Assembly: GCA_021777565.1 (NCBI GenBank)
Contig: JAJYDJ010000003.1
Coordinates: 65,001-129,000 of the forward strand
Length of the DNA: 64,000 nt
Reading direction: 5' to 3'
Origin: a bacterium
GTDB lineage: Bacteria; Patescibacteriota; Microgenomatia; Levybacterales; UBA12049
Shown: one piece after another, positions 28,936-39,002 of the stretch
Layout: every line of letters begins with the position of its first letter
How positions within the stretch are numbered: position 1 is the first letter of the stretch
Position numbers and translations under genes: made by a program
Notes under the pieces: generated by a model
Seen by the model: the letters and a program-made list of their open reading frames with translations, nothing else
The model's database searches: none
Told to the model about the DNA's origin: nothing

Positions 28936-29988
28936 GTGACACAAATAACATCACATCTTGGCCTGACATATGATGACGTCATATTAAGACCTCAGTATTC
29001 TGATATTAGATCCCGAAGTGATGTTAATACTTCTGTAGAATTAGCAAAAGGCATTACCTTACGAATTCCCCTTATTGCAGCCAGCATGCATACCGTTATT
29101 TCTGTCGAGCTAGCCACCAAACTGTGGGAACTTGGAGGTATCGCACAACTGCATCAATTTCAAAGTATTGAAAAAGAGGTTGAGATGCTCAAGGAGATAA
29201 AGAAGAGAAATGCAAAAGTTATCGGGGTTGTAGGAGCAGTACGAGAAACATATGAACGAGCTAAAGCATTAGTAGAAGAGGGCGTGGATATGCTCAGTAT
29301 CGATACCCCCCATGCACATAGTATCTATGCAATAGAGGCAACGAAAAAATTAAAGAAAGAATTCCCCAACATTCCTTTACTCGTTGGTACAGTTGCTACA
29401 AAAGAAGGAGTTGAAGACCTCATAAAGGCAGGTGCTGACTCAATAAAATTTGGAGTTGGCGCAGGTGCAGCGTGCACAACGCGCATCAGTGCAGGAGTTG
29501 GTGTCCCACAGTTTAGTGCCATTCTTGATGGCATTTTAGGAATGCATGATAGTGGGGTTACTCTCATCGCAGATGGCGGCATTAAGATCCCTGCTGACCT
29601 TGCAAAAGCGATTGGAGCAGGAGCACATGCTGTCATGGCAGGGAAAATCTTTGCTGGGACTGACGAAGCACCATCTGAACTGGTTGAGAAAGATGGAAAG
29701 AAATACAAAATATACATGGGTGAAGCTTCAGCTGCATCAAAGGCTGATCGCGCAAAAAATGACCCGAACTATAAAGGGAAAACAGATGAGTATGTAGAAG
29801 GTGATGCTGGACTTATTCCTTATGGCGGAAGTCTTGAGTCAGTGGTTAATGCATTTTTGAATGGACTTCGCTCTGGTATGAGCTATTCAGGAGCACGGAC
29901 TGTACAAGAATTTCACGAAAAGGCCATCTTTATGCAAGTTTCACAAAGTGCTCAGGTAGAAAGCGCTGCACATGGACTTATTAAATAA
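28936..29988 (+). CDS. guaB: IMP dehydrogenase / GMP reductase family protein (no CBS domains)
   Basis: LTYDDV, GVGAGAACTTR catalytic Cys loop, IADGGI, LRSGMSYSGA; GTG start. Confidence 0.85.
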   Translation: MTQITSHLGLTYDDVILRPQYSDIRSRSDVNTSVELAKGITLRIPLIAASMHTVISVELATKLWELGGIAQLHQFQSIEKEVEMLKEIKKRNAKVIGVVGAVRETYERAKALVEEGVDMLSIDTPHAHSIYAIEATKKLKKEFPNIPLLVGTVATKEGVEDLIKAGADSIKFGVGAGAACTTRISAGVGVPQFSAILDGILGMHDSGVTLIADGGIKIPADLAKAIGAGAHAVMAGKIFAGTDEAPSELVEKDGKKYKIYMGEASAASKADRAKNDPNYKGKTDEYVEGDAGLIPYGGSLESVVNAFLNGLRSGMSYSGARTVQEFHEKAIFMQVSQSAQVESAAHGLIK

Positions 29989-30036
29989 TTCTCTCTTCAT
30001 TTGACTAATCAATACGTCTGAACTAGAGTAAAAGTA

Positions 30037-31317
30037 ATGGGGCAGTTAATCCAAAATTTTCAAGATCTTGCAATAACTCCTGAAAGAAAAGCCGTTCTGG
30101 AAGTTATTGAAGCAGGACTCCAAGCAATTCAACCTAAAAAAATTCTTCAAGATAATTTTATCAAAAACAATTCACTCCTGAGTATAAAAGGAAAACAATT
30201 TGATCTCAGTTCCTACAAAAGAGTTTTCCTTATTGGATTTGGTAAGGGATCTGCCGGCATCGCGCAAGACATTGAAGATATTCTGGGGGATACCCTCACT
30301 GATGGGTATGTTATTGATAACGTAGCACAGCAATTTAAAAAAATACATTTTACCCTTGGCACTCACCCACTGCCTTCTCAACAAAATATCGACTTCACAA
30401 AGCAGGTCTTAGCCAGTATTCATGATCTCAATGAAGACGATCTAGTACTCGTTGTGGTGTGTGGTGGTGGATCAGCGATGTTCGAATCCCCACATATAGC
30501 GACCCTTGATGAGTTGGATCGTATCTCACAGGCACTTCTTAAAAGTGGTGCTGATATTGAAGAAATCAATGTTATTCGCAAACATCTTTCCCAAGTAAAA
30601 GGAGGCGATCTTGCCTATCATCTATACCCTGGGACCGTCGTCTCGCTCATTTTTTCTGACGTGCCAGGAAGTGATCTGTCAGTCATCGCATCGGGACCGA
30701 CTGTCCAAGACAAAACAACATTGGAAGAAGCACATGAGATTATTACCAAGTATCATATCAATCAAGCTGTTCCAAATATAGAGAATATGATGCAACGACT
30801 TCATTCAGACGAAAAATACTTTATCCATGTTCATAATATTCTTATTGCCAGTAATCTGGATGCACTCAAGGCGATGCAGGAGAAAGCAGCAGAGTTGCAT
30901 ATCACTACATCAATTTTTTCAGACAAAGTTCAAGGTGATGCGAAGACAATAGGGAAAGAGCTCCTTGGAAATGCGCCGGAACATAGCATGATGCTTGCAG
31001 GTGGAGAGACAACGGTGGTTGTGAAGGGCAGTGGCAAAGGAGGGCGTAATCAGACGGTTGTGGTAGCATCTCTCCCCTATCTTAAAAACAATGAGGTGAT
31101 TGCATCCATCGGTTCTGATGGACTCGACTATTATTATTTTGCGGGAGCAATTGGTGACATGAAGACCAGTGAAAAGGCCAAACAAAAAGGCCTTGACCCA
31201 CAAGTTTTTCTGGACAATGATAATACGTATGAGTTTCTTTCACAAATTGGAGACGGTATATATACTGGGAAACTTGAATCAAATGTTTCAGACTTAATGG
31301 TAGTCTATAAACCATAA
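30037..31317 (+). CDS. Glycerate kinase type 2 (MOFRL family)
   Basis: GFGKG, HPLP, GGGSA, RKHLSQVKGG, SDVPG, GGETTV, GGRNQ. Confidence 0.92.
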   Translation: MGQLIQNFQDLAITPERKAVLEVIEAGLQAIQPKKILQDNFIKNNSLLSIKGKQFDLSSYKRVFLIGFGKGSAGIAQDIEDILGDTLTDGYVIDNVAQQFKKIHFTLGTHPLPSQQNIDFTKQVLASIHDLNEDDLVLVVVCGGGSAMFESPHIATLDELDRISQALLKSGADIEEINVIRKHLSQVKGGDLAYHLYPGTVVSLIFSDVPGSDLSVIASGPTVQDKTTLEEAHEIITKYHINQAVPNIENMMQRLHSDEKYFIHVHNILIASNLDALKAMQEKAAELHITTSIFSDKVQGDAKTIGKELLGNAPEHSMMLAGGETTVVVKGSGKGGRNQTVVVASLPYLKNNEVIASIGSDGLDYYYFAGAIGDMKTSEKAKQKGLDPQVFLDNDNTYEFLSQIGDGIYTGKLESNVSDLMVVYKP

Positions 31318-31322
31318 CGAAT

Positions 31323-32186
31323 ATGTCTATAGATCTCACAGACGAACAAATTATTGATTTGGAAGAAAAAGCCAATACGATCAGAGAGCTAATTATTAGC
31401 TCATTGGTTGAAGCTGGTTCAGGACATTCCGCAGGCCCGTTGGGCATGGCAGATATTTTCACGGCACTGTATTTTCATATTCTTAATCATGATCCCCAAA
31501 ACCCTGAGTGGGAGGATAGAGATAGGCTTATTTTATCCAATGGACACATTTGTCCTGTCAGATATGCCGCTATGGCACTCGCAGGATATTTCCCTGTTGA
31601 GGAATTAAAAACCTTACGAAAAATAAATTCACGTCTGCAAGGACATCCACATCGAACGGCACTTCCAGGACTTGAGACGACATCAGGGCCACTAGGAGAG
31701 GGTCTATCGCAGGCAATTGGTGTCGCGTTGGCGGCACGACTCGATCAAAAAAGATACACCGTGTACTGTCTTACTTCAGATGGAGAACATCAGGAAGGCA
31801 ATACCTGGGAAGCTGCAATGTTTGCAGGTAAACACAAACTCCACAATCTTATTCAAGTCATGGATCGCAATCATATCCAGATCGATGGCTTTACTGAACA
31901 AGTCATGCCCCTAGAGCCTCTTAGGGATAAATATCGTGCATTTGGCTGGGAAGTTATTGAAGTAGATGGGAATAATATTCATGCATTCGTGGATGCAGTC
32001 AATCAAGCCAAGGCAACACAAGAAAAACCAGTCTTAATACTTGCTCACACTATCCCAGGAGAAGGAGTGGATTTTATGGAAAATGATTTTCACTGGCATG
32101 GAACACCACCTAACCCAGAACAGGCCAAGAAAGCACTTGCTGAACTGCGTACCCTTGGGGGTAAGATTGTCAGTGAGCAAGAATAA
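31323..32186 (+). CDS. tkt: Transketolase, N-terminal subunit
   Basis: GSGH, DRLILSNGH, LQGHP, SDGEHQEG (TPP motif). Confidence 0.95.
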   Translation: MSIDLTDEQIIDLEEKANTIRELIISSLVEAGSGHSAGPLGMADIFTALYFHILNHDPQNPEWEDRDRLILSNGHICPVRYAAMALAGYFPVEELKTLRKINSRLQGHPHRTALPGLETTSGPLGEGLSQAIGVALAARLDQKRYTVYCLTSDGEHQEGNTWEAAMFAGKHKLHNLIQVMDRNHIQIDGFTEQVMPLEPLRDKYRAFGWEVIEVDGNNIHAFVDAVNQAKATQEKPVLILAHTIPGEGVDFMENDFHWHGTPPNPEQAKKALAELRTLGGKIVSEQE

Positions 32187-32189
32187 CAT

Positions 32190-33179
32190 ATGTTAAATCC
32201 GAAATTACATCTCAATCCTAAACTGTTTGATACAGACGTTGAGCAAAAAGCGACACGCGATGGGTATGGAGAGGCTTTAGTGGCCCTCGGCGAGGCTGAC
32301 AAACGGGTAGTGGCACTTACTGCAGATCTTGCTGAATCAACCAGAACTGAAGCATTCGCGACAAAATTCCCAGAGAGATTTTTTGAGTGTGGCGTGGCAG
32401 AGCAGAATATGGCTGCGATTGCGGCAGGACTTGCAGTCACAGGCAAAATACCATTTATTTCCTCCTACGCTACCTTCTCTCCTGGCAAAAATTTAGAGAC
32501 TATCCGAACAACTATCATCTATAACAATGCCAACGTGAAGATCGCCGGGCATCACAGTGGCATCATGACAGGGCCCGATGGGGCTACCCATCAAGCCACG
32601 GAAGATATTGCCATCATGAGAGCGCTCCCTGATGTGCAGGTAGTTGTCCCGTGTGATGCAATTGAGGCAAAGAAAGCAACTATGGCTGCAGGCACGTACG
32701 TAGGGCCTGTGTATCTACGTTTTACTCGTGACAAGACACCGCTGATAACCACCGAAGATACGCCATTTGATGGGACTGTGCAACAATTTTGGGTTACTGA
32801 TCATCCGGTTGTGACAATTTTTGCCACAGGATACATGCTTATGTATGCACTTCTTGCAGCTAAAGAACTCGAAGGAGAAGGAATCTCTGTCATCGTTGCC
32901 AATGTAGCCAGTATTAAACCTCTGGATGAAGCCACAGTTCTCTCACTTGTACAAGAGTCAGGGGCAGCAGTCACTGTGGAAGACCATCAAGTTATGGGAG
33001 GCTTAGGAGGACTGATCGCAGAAGTATGTGCGAAAAATCATCCTGTCCCAATGGAATTTATTGGACTGCAAAATACGTTTGGTGAGTCAGGGAAACCTGC
33101 AGAGCTTATCGAAAAATATGGCATGGGCAAAGAAAGTATTAAACAAGCGGTAAAAAAAGTGATTGAAAGAAAAAAATAA
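32190..33179 (+). CDS. tkt: Transketolase, C-terminal subunit
   Basis: GVAEQNM, GPDGATHQATED, TVEDH. Confidence 0.95.
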   Translation: MLNPKLHLNPKLFDTDVEQKATRDGYGEALVALGEADKRVVALTADLAESTRTEAFATKFPERFFECGVAEQNMAAIAAGLAVTGKIPFISSYATFSPGKNLETIRTTIIYNNANVKIAGHHSGIMTGPDGATHQATEDIAIMRALPDVQVVVPCDAIEAKKATMAAGTYVGPVYLRFTRDKTPLITTEDTPFDGTVQQFWVTDHPVVTIFATGYMLMYALLAAKELEGEGISVIVANVASIKPLDEATVLSLVQESGAAVTVEDHQVMGGLGGLIAEVCAKNHPVPMEFIGLQNTFGESGKPAELIEKYGMGKESIKQAVKKVIERKK

Positions 33180-33180
33180 T

Positions 33181-34833
33181 ATGGATACCCAACTTATAGA
33201 AAAACTCAAAGCAATCATCTCAGGAGAAGTCATGAGTGATAACGAGACACTGCAAACATATTCTCATGACGCATCGCTTTTCGAGGTCATGCCACAAGTG
33301 GTTGTGGCTCCAAAAGACGCCAAAGATGTACAAGCGCTCGTGAGTTTTGTTACTGAACAAAAGAAAAAGTATCCCAGTCTTTCACTCACTGGCAGATCAG
33401 CCGGCACCGATATGGGAGGAGGATCTATCAATGATGGCATTATCGTTTCATTTACCCAGCATTTCAATCACACCCCAACTGTAAAAGGTACTGTCGCCAC
33501 AACTGAGCCAGGTGTTTTTTACCGTGACTTTGAGAAAGAGACCCTCAAACATAATTTAATTTTCCCCTCCTACCCTGCTAGTCGAGAAATTTGTGCAATG
33601 GGTGGCATTGTGAATAACAACTCAGGTGGAGAGAAGTCTCTGCAGTACGGAAAAACGGAAAAGTATGTCAAGCGAGTGAAAGTTGTCCTCTCTGACGGAA
33701 AGATTTATGAATTTAAACCACTCACAGAGACTGAACTGAAGAAGAAAATGACGCAGAAAGATTTTGAAGGTAAATTATATAAAGAATTATATGCTCTTAT
33801 TTCAGAGAATTATGACCTTCTGCAAAAAGCAAAACCTAAAGTTACCAAAAACTCAGCAGGATACTATTTGTGGAATGTTTGGGACAAAGATAAGAAAATT
33901 TTCGACCTGACAAAATTATGGGTTGGTGCACAGGGCACGCTGGGGATGCTTCTTGAAGCTGATATTGAACTTGTCCCCGTGCATAAACATCACGAAATGG
34001 AAGTCATATTTCTGCATGACATGAGCCATCTCAAGCAGATTGTGGATACCATCCTGCCTCTGCAACCAGAAAGTTTCGAGAGTTATGATGACAATACCTT
34101 AAAACTGGCCTTGCGATACTTTCCGGAGTTTATCCATCAACTAGGCATCGGTGGGATGATAGAGGCAGGATTTGCCTTCATGCCAGCATTTATGGATATG
34201 CTTCTGGGACGACTTCCCAAGCTTATCTTACAGGTGGATTTTGCCGGGGATGATCCAGACGAACTGAAGCAAAAGATTGCAACACTTCGTGAGAAATTAA
34301 GACCGCTACACCCACAGACAACTATTGCGGTTGATGAACAGGAGAAAAAATATTGGCTCGTACGCCGTGAGAGCTTTAATTTATTGAGAAAGAAAGTACG
34401 CAATCTTCATACCGCACCATTTATCGATGATATTGTGGTTGATTGGCATGATTTTGCAACAGTATTTACCGAAGTAAGTAACATTCTGAAAAAACACAAA
34501 GAGTTTATCTTTGCCGGACAGGGTCATGTGGGAGATGGAAATTTTCACATTATTCCACTCGTAGATATCGCCAACCCAAAAGTCAGGCAGTTAATTCCAG
34601 AAATTTCCAAACAAGTATATAGCCTGGTCATCGCTCACCATGGGTCCATCACCGGTGAGCATAATGATGGGCTTATCCGTACACCATATCTAGAGGAGAT
34701 GTATGGCAAAGATATTGTCGAGCTTTTTAGAAAAACAAAAGAGATTTTTGATCCAGAAGATATCTTTAATCCCCGAAAGAAAATTGGTGGGACAATAGAA
34801 TATGCGATGAGCCATATCCGTGAGAATTGGTGA
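33181..34833 (+). CDS. FAD-binding oxidoreductase (D-lactate dehydrogenase/GlcD family)
   Basis: RSAGTDMGG, GHVGDGNFH, GEHNDG, FDPEDIFNP. Confidence 0.9.
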   Translation: MDTQLIEKLKAIISGEVMSDNETLQTYSHDASLFEVMPQVVVAPKDAKDVQALVSFVTEQKKKYPSLSLTGRSAGTDMGGGSINDGIIVSFTQHFNHTPTVKGTVATTEPGVFYRDFEKETLKHNLIFPSYPASREICAMGGIVNNNSGGEKSLQYGKTEKYVKRVKVVLSDGKIYEFKPLTETELKKKMTQKDFEGKLYKELYALISENYDLLQKAKPKVTKNSAGYYLWNVWDKDKKIFDLTKLWVGAQGTLGMLLEADIELVPVHKHHEMEVIFLHDMSHLKQIVDTILPLQPESFESYDDNTLKLALRYFPEFIHQLGIGGMIEAGFAFMPAFMDMLLGRLPKLILQVDFAGDDPDELKQKIATLREKLRPLHPQTTIAVDEQEKKYWLVRRESFNLLRKKVRNLHTAPFIDDIVVDWHDFATVFTEVSNILKKHKEFIFAGQGHVGDGNFHIIPLVDIANPKVRQLIPEISKQVYSLVIAHHGSITGEHNDGLIRTPYLEEMYGKDIVELFRKTKEIFDPEDIFNPRKKIGGTIEYAMSHIRENW

Positions 34834-34863
34834 TGTGACCTGCAACGAGTATACTAAGAATAG

Positions 34864-35898
34864 ATGAAAAAAGTTTTCTTGTTTTTAATTACTTTTGTGG
34901 TGCTTATTGTCCTCTCCCCAAAGATCGTCTCAGCTCATGAGGCATATGTACTCACCCAACAAGAGTTTCAGCAAGGCAGTAGTGTAATCACAACCAACCC
35001 ACTTGCTCCACTCTTAACACCAGAGTACTTTCAAATCTCATCATTTATTACGTTCTGTGTTGTGCTCGCCTATCTCTTAGTAATTCTTTGGTCTCTTACT
35101 CCCTGGGCAAAAGTTGCTGACGGCATAATTAAGAAAGCACATGGGATAGGCCCACTCATCATACGACTTGCAGTTAGCAGCTCATTTTTCTTTGCAGCAC
35201 AGGCCAACTGCTTTCTAGGACCAGAGCTTTCTCTTGCGAGCATTCCGGGCGGCCAGATTCTCCGGTTCTTAGCATACGTTATAGCCATTATGGTATTCCT
35301 TGGATTTTTCACAGAGATTGTTGCGGCCCTCGCGCTAGGAATTTTCTTGTATAGTAGCTATTTTTTTGGCGCCTATATGATGACCTATGCGAATTATTTT
35401 GGAGAATTTCTCATTTTAATGCTCTTCGGATCACGCTTTGTGTCCCTTGACCAGCTTTTGTTTGGGAACAAACTACTTTTCACGAAACTTAAAAAATATA
35501 CGAGCTTAGAAACGCCAATCGTACGAATCCTGTACGGGTTTGGACTCATTTATGCTGGATATAACATCAAATTTGTTCATCAAATTCTCACCATATGGGT
35601 CTATAACCAATACCATTTGCAAGACTTCTTCCACGCATCAGCAGGGTTTATCGCAGCTGGAGCAGGTCTATCAGAGATTCTCATTGGCTTTTTTATCATG
35701 ATCGGGTTTGCGATGCGTTTTACTATTCTTATTTCACTCGTATTCATCACACTTTCGCTCATCTATTTCCATGAGCTTCTTTGGCCACATATTATTCTCT
35801 ACGGTATTTCATTCTCACTGCTTATCAACTCGGGAGATTTCCTGACAATAGATCACTACATCAAGCCACTCATGAGGAAACTTATTGGTAAGAAATAG
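34864..35898 (+). CDS. DoxX-like multi-pass membrane protein
   Basis: Signal peptide-AHEAY; many TMs; RILYGFGLIYAGYNIK. Confidence 0.6.
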   Translation: MKKVFLFLITFVVLIVLSPKIVSAHEAYVLTQQEFQQGSSVITTNPLAPLLTPEYFQISSFITFCVVLAYLLVILWSLTPWAKVADGIIKKAHGIGPLIIRLAVSSSFFFAAQANCFLGPELSLASIPGGQILRFLAYVIAIMVFLGFFTEIVAALALGIFLYSSYFFGAYMMTYANYFGEFLILMLFGSRFVSLDQLLFGNKLLFTKLKKYTSLETPIVRILYGFGLIYAGYNIKFVHQILTIWVYNQYHLQDFFHASAGFIAAGAGLSEILIGFFIMIGFAMRFTILISLVFITLSLIYFHELLWPHIILYGISFSLLINSGDFLTIDHYIKPLMRKLIGKK

Positions 35899-36367
35899 TT
35901 ATTACGTCGTTTGGCCGCAGTGGTGTTTCTCTGCCTGAATTTACTTCTTTCCCATTCACAAGGATGTGGACTCGATGTCCAGACTCAACTTTATAGGTCA
36001 TAATTTGCGTATTGGAGAAGGTCTTGTGCCAGACATCGAAGAATTGTCCTAGAGTATACGTACTGGTATCATTTGCTCTGATATAAACTACGCCACTTGC
36101 ATCAGTCGTATACATGGTATGCATACATTTCCCGTAGTCATAGCCAATCCTTGGTTCCAAAGGATATGGCTGACCATCCACGGTGATCGTGATATGCACT
36201 TGGAATGCCTGACGCACAGGCTGTGTCGTGTCAAAACAAGGGACAGTCGGAAGACCTTGATAGACAGAGCTTGTGAGGGCAGACTGGTACAGATACCATG
36301 CACCAAGAAAGATACAGACTATACCACCCAAAATAGCTATCTTTTTACCAGGATGTTTCATGAACAC
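35882..36367 (-). CDS. Membrane-anchored hypothetical protein
   Basis: N-terminal TM; YTLGQFFDVW...VNGK pattern. Confidence 0.7.
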   Translation of the reverse strand: MFMKHPGKKIAILGGIVCIFLGAWYLYQSALTSSVYQGLPTVPCFDTTQPVRQAFQVHITITVDGQPYPLEPRIGYDYGKCMHTMYTTDASGVVYIRANDTSTYTLGQFFDVWHKTFSNTQIMTYKVESGHRVHILVNGKEVNSGRETPLRPNDVITISYQ

Positions 36368-36399
36368 TCTTTTATTGTAGCAAATAGAAGAAAGTTTGA

Positions 36400-37275
36400 T
36401 TAGGCAGCAACGACTTCACCAACCGCTGGTTTGTGAGCAATGATGACAGCACGGACTCTGATCCCAGCCTCTCCATGGCCATATCCTTGTCCCATATAGT
36501 TATCATACGCTTGGGGATCAATATCTCGCACGTCGTCCCCATCAGGAATTGGAAGTTCTTCAATACGATCGATGACAAACCCAGCGTCACGAATAATCTG
36601 GGCACTACGATCTACTTCACGATAGTAATTCGTGCCTTGCCCACCCCATGGGAAATTGGTGACAAAAGGACCTTCTTCAGTCACATGCTCCGTGTGTGCA
36701 ACACGTTGAGGGTCCGTCCAGATAGTTACTAACCGGCCACCCGGTTTGAGTGCATCAAGGGTGTTTCTCGAAGTTGCTGCGAGTGCCTCATTACTTAAAT
36801 GCTCATCTACCATATGTCGCACAGCTACATCAAAGTGATCTGAAGGGAGCTCAACTGTGCTTAAATCACCCACGATAAAATGAGCTTCTGGGATGTCCTG
36901 CTGGGCAAGGGCAACTTGATCTGGACTAATTTCGACACCAGTAATATTTTGAGGCTGCGCACCCATCGCGATCAGCTGTTTGGTAATTCTGCCACTCGCG
37001 CTTCCTCCGTCATAAATTTGTGCCTGAGAAAGATCCATATCTGCCAATGAGTGTTCTAGTGCGGGACGACCTACAGCCTCCCATGAAAGTAGCTTCGGGG
37101 CTTTTGTATGGAATGCCTCGGCACCAGCATCATAAACTTGTGCGTTATTTGTAAGATCCATACCTGATCTTCTTGAGGTAGTATCCTCAGTCGCAGCCTC
37201 AACCGTAGTGTCTTCAGCCTGGACATCGTGCTCATCATTGAGTGCCATGGGTGTTATTTTACGTTTCATAGTCAC
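36400..37275 (-). CDS. Class I SAM-dependent methyltransferase
   Basis: IYDGGSASG, GVEIS, GDL, FDVAV, LKPGG. Confidence 0.85.
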   Translation of the reverse strand: MTMKRKITPMALNDEHDVQAEDTTVEAATEDTTSRRSGMDLTNNAQVYDAGAEAFHTKAPKLLSWEAVGRPALEHSLADMDLSQAQIYDGGSASGRITKQLIAMGAQPQNITGVEISPDQVALAQQDIPEAHFIVGDLSTVELPSDHFDVAVRHMVDEHLSNEALAATSRNTLDALKPGGRLVTIWTDPQRVAHTEHVTEEGPFVTNFPWGGQGTNYYREVDRSAQIIRDAGFVIDRIEELPIPDGDDVRDIDPQAYDNYMGQGYGHGEAGIRVRAVIIAHKPAVGEVVAA

Positions 37276-37406
37276 TAATTACAATATATCATTTTGTAGG
37301 TGAATTTTCTCTCTCTTTCTAAGAAATAAGAAAATAACGCCTGAGACACAGGTCACAGATACCCCCTTGACAGTAGCCTATAGGAGTATTATGATGCCTT
37401 TCAACT

Positions 37407-37841
37407 ATGGCACAATTTACTGAAGCTGACGTCCAAATAGCGCTCGTTGACGATGAGGCAGACATTAGAGATATCATACAGGGCATTCTTATTGATGAAG
37501 GTGTTGCCCCTGAGAGAATTACTCAATTTAGGAATGGTGGGGAAGCCATGGATGCACTACGCCAAAATGGACTCGAAGGCATTGCCTCTGGTCGCAGACC
37601 AGCCATCGTCCTCCAGGATGGGAAATGTGGTGGAGGAGTGACAGGCGTTGAGGTAACCCAAGCGATTCGAGATGAACAAGATAAAGAAGAGCAAGCCACG
37701 GGTTCACGCCGTAATGTCTATGTGATTGCAGTCACTGCAGAGAGTAATATGACCTATGGTGATGAAAAAATTCAAAAGCCATTTAACCTCACTGATCTTC
37801 TTGATGCGGTTGACCGCGGTAAACAAGCCGTACTTGCCTAA
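37407..37841 (+). CDS. Stand-alone response regulator receiver (CheY-like)
   Basis: VDDE, phospho-Asp in LQD, AVTA, KPF. Confidence 0.85.
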   Translation: MAQFTEADVQIALVDDEADIRDIIQGILIDEGVAPERITQFRNGGEAMDALRQNGLEGIASGRRPAIVLQDGKCGGGVTGVEVTQAIRDEQDKEEQATGSRRNVYVIAVTAESNMTYGDEKIQKPFNLTDLLDAVDRGKQAVLA

Positions 37842-37868
37842 GGGCACTCCTTTTGTAATACTAAAAGG

Positions 37869-37979
37869 ATGAAACCCTCCCAACCTTGCCCCAATTGTGG
37901 ACACCCTATAGGAATAGTTGCTGGTTCCAAAGAAGCCATCTGCAAAAACTGCGGATTTAAAGATCCTTGTTGTGAGTAA
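37869..37979 (+). CDS. 36-aa Zn-finger microprotein MKPSQPCPNCGHPIGIVAGSKEAICKNCGFKDPCCE (not in ORF track)
   Basis: Translated by hand; CPxCG and CxxCG motifs; TAATACT/AAGG upstream; hairpin downstream. Confidence 0.65.
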   Translation: MKPSQPCPNCGHPIGIVAGSKEAICKNCGFKDPCCE

Positions 37980-37987
37980 CCTACCAA

Positions 37988-38020
37988 AAACCCCCACTCT
38001 CAAATTGAATGTGGGGGTTT
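37988..38020. terminator. Bidirectional intrinsic terminator candidate
   Basis: AAACCCCCAC...GTGGGGGTTT between two convergent small genes. Confidence 0.65.
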
Positions 38021-38037
38021 ATTCTACAACCAAGTAA

Positions 38038-38184
38038 TTATTTGGCTGCGCCAATTTTGAACATAGCGGTTCCACAAACTGGGCACTTCCCTTTCATTGC
38101 TGGTTTACCATTTTTCATGGTAACTTCAACTGCGTTTGGGTCTTCGCGCTTTGCTCGACATTTTACACAATACATTGATGCCAT
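38038..38184 (-). CDS. 48-aa DUF5679-like Zn-ribbon protein MASMYCVKCRAKRE...GKCPVCGTAMFKIGAAK (not in ORF track)
   Basis: Translated by hand; YCVKC...CPVCG; strong SD GAAAGGGGGTGA upstream. Confidence 0.8.
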   Translation of the reverse strand: MASMYCVKCRAKREDPNAVEVTMKNGKPAMKGKCPVCGTAMFKIGAAK

Positions 38185-38201
38185 ATTTAATTCACCCCCT
38201 T

Positions 38202-38453
38202 TCAATAATTCACGTTTGGAATTATCACAACATGTTTAAGTAATAGCATATACAAAATGACTTCACCCAGGACTAACAGTCCAATCATAATCGCGGTTTT
38301 ACGAAGATCATATAAAACGTGACGTGCCTCACGCTGCTGGATCTCTTTTTGATGCATTACTGTTACCGCTATAGGATGGGAGTACTGCAGTTGTGGGAGA
38401 ACTGTTTGGGAGACAGAGATTGTCTTGTCTGGCTGCTGTGCTTGTTTAGCCAT
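38202..38453 (-). CDS. Small membrane protein
   Basis: DLRKT followed by a C-terminal TM. Confidence 0.6.
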   Translation of the reverse strand: MAKQAQQPDKTISVSQTVLPQLQYSHPIAVTVMHQKEIQQREARHVLYDLRKTAIMIGLLVLGEVILYMLLLKHVVIIPNVNY

Positions 38454-38516
38454 ACGTGAACTCAGGCTACACTATTGACACTCGTGCTGTCAAGAGGATA
38501 TCATGATAGGAAGATT

Positions 38517-38999
38517 ATGACAATTGTCGTTTGGGTCTTATTATCAATCTTTTTTGTGTGGATGGGTTTTTTAACTTTCCTTTTTTGGAGTTTGTATCGA
38601 CACTACAATACAATCGTCAAAGGGACAACAAAGAAGACGCTGCAATCATTGCTGGAAGATATCTTAAAACGTGATGAAAAGACAAAAGAGGATATTGCAT
38701 TACTCTCTAAAAGATGTGATACCATTGAACTAGATGGGAAAATGCACATCCAAAAAATTGGATTGTTGCGATTTAACCCCTTTCACGACACCGGTGGTGA
38801 TCAGAGCTTTATTTTAGCTTTGGTAGATGGACACGATACCGGTGTTGTTATTTCTGGGCTCTACTCACGATCCGGCACTAGGTGGTATGCAAAGAAAGTG
38901 CAAAATGGAAAAAGTCTGGATCATGAACTGTCCGAAGAAGAAGCTCAAGCTCTTAAGCAGGCAGAAAAAGTAGAGAAAACAGAAAAAGAGAAAAAATAA
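38517..38999 (+). CDS. DUF4446 family protein
   Basis: N-terminal TM; QKIGLLRFNPF.DTGGDQSF.LAL, YAK, LSEEE. Confidence 0.85.
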   Translation: MTIVVWVLLSIFFVWMGFLTFLFWSLYRHYNTIVKGTTKKTLQSLLEDILKRDEKTKEDIALLSKRCDTIELDGKMHIQKIGLLRFNPFHDTGGDQSFILALVDGHDTGVVISGLYSRSGTRWYAKKVQNGKSLDHELSEEEAQALKQAEKVEKTEKEKK

Positions 39000-39002
39000 T
39001 CT

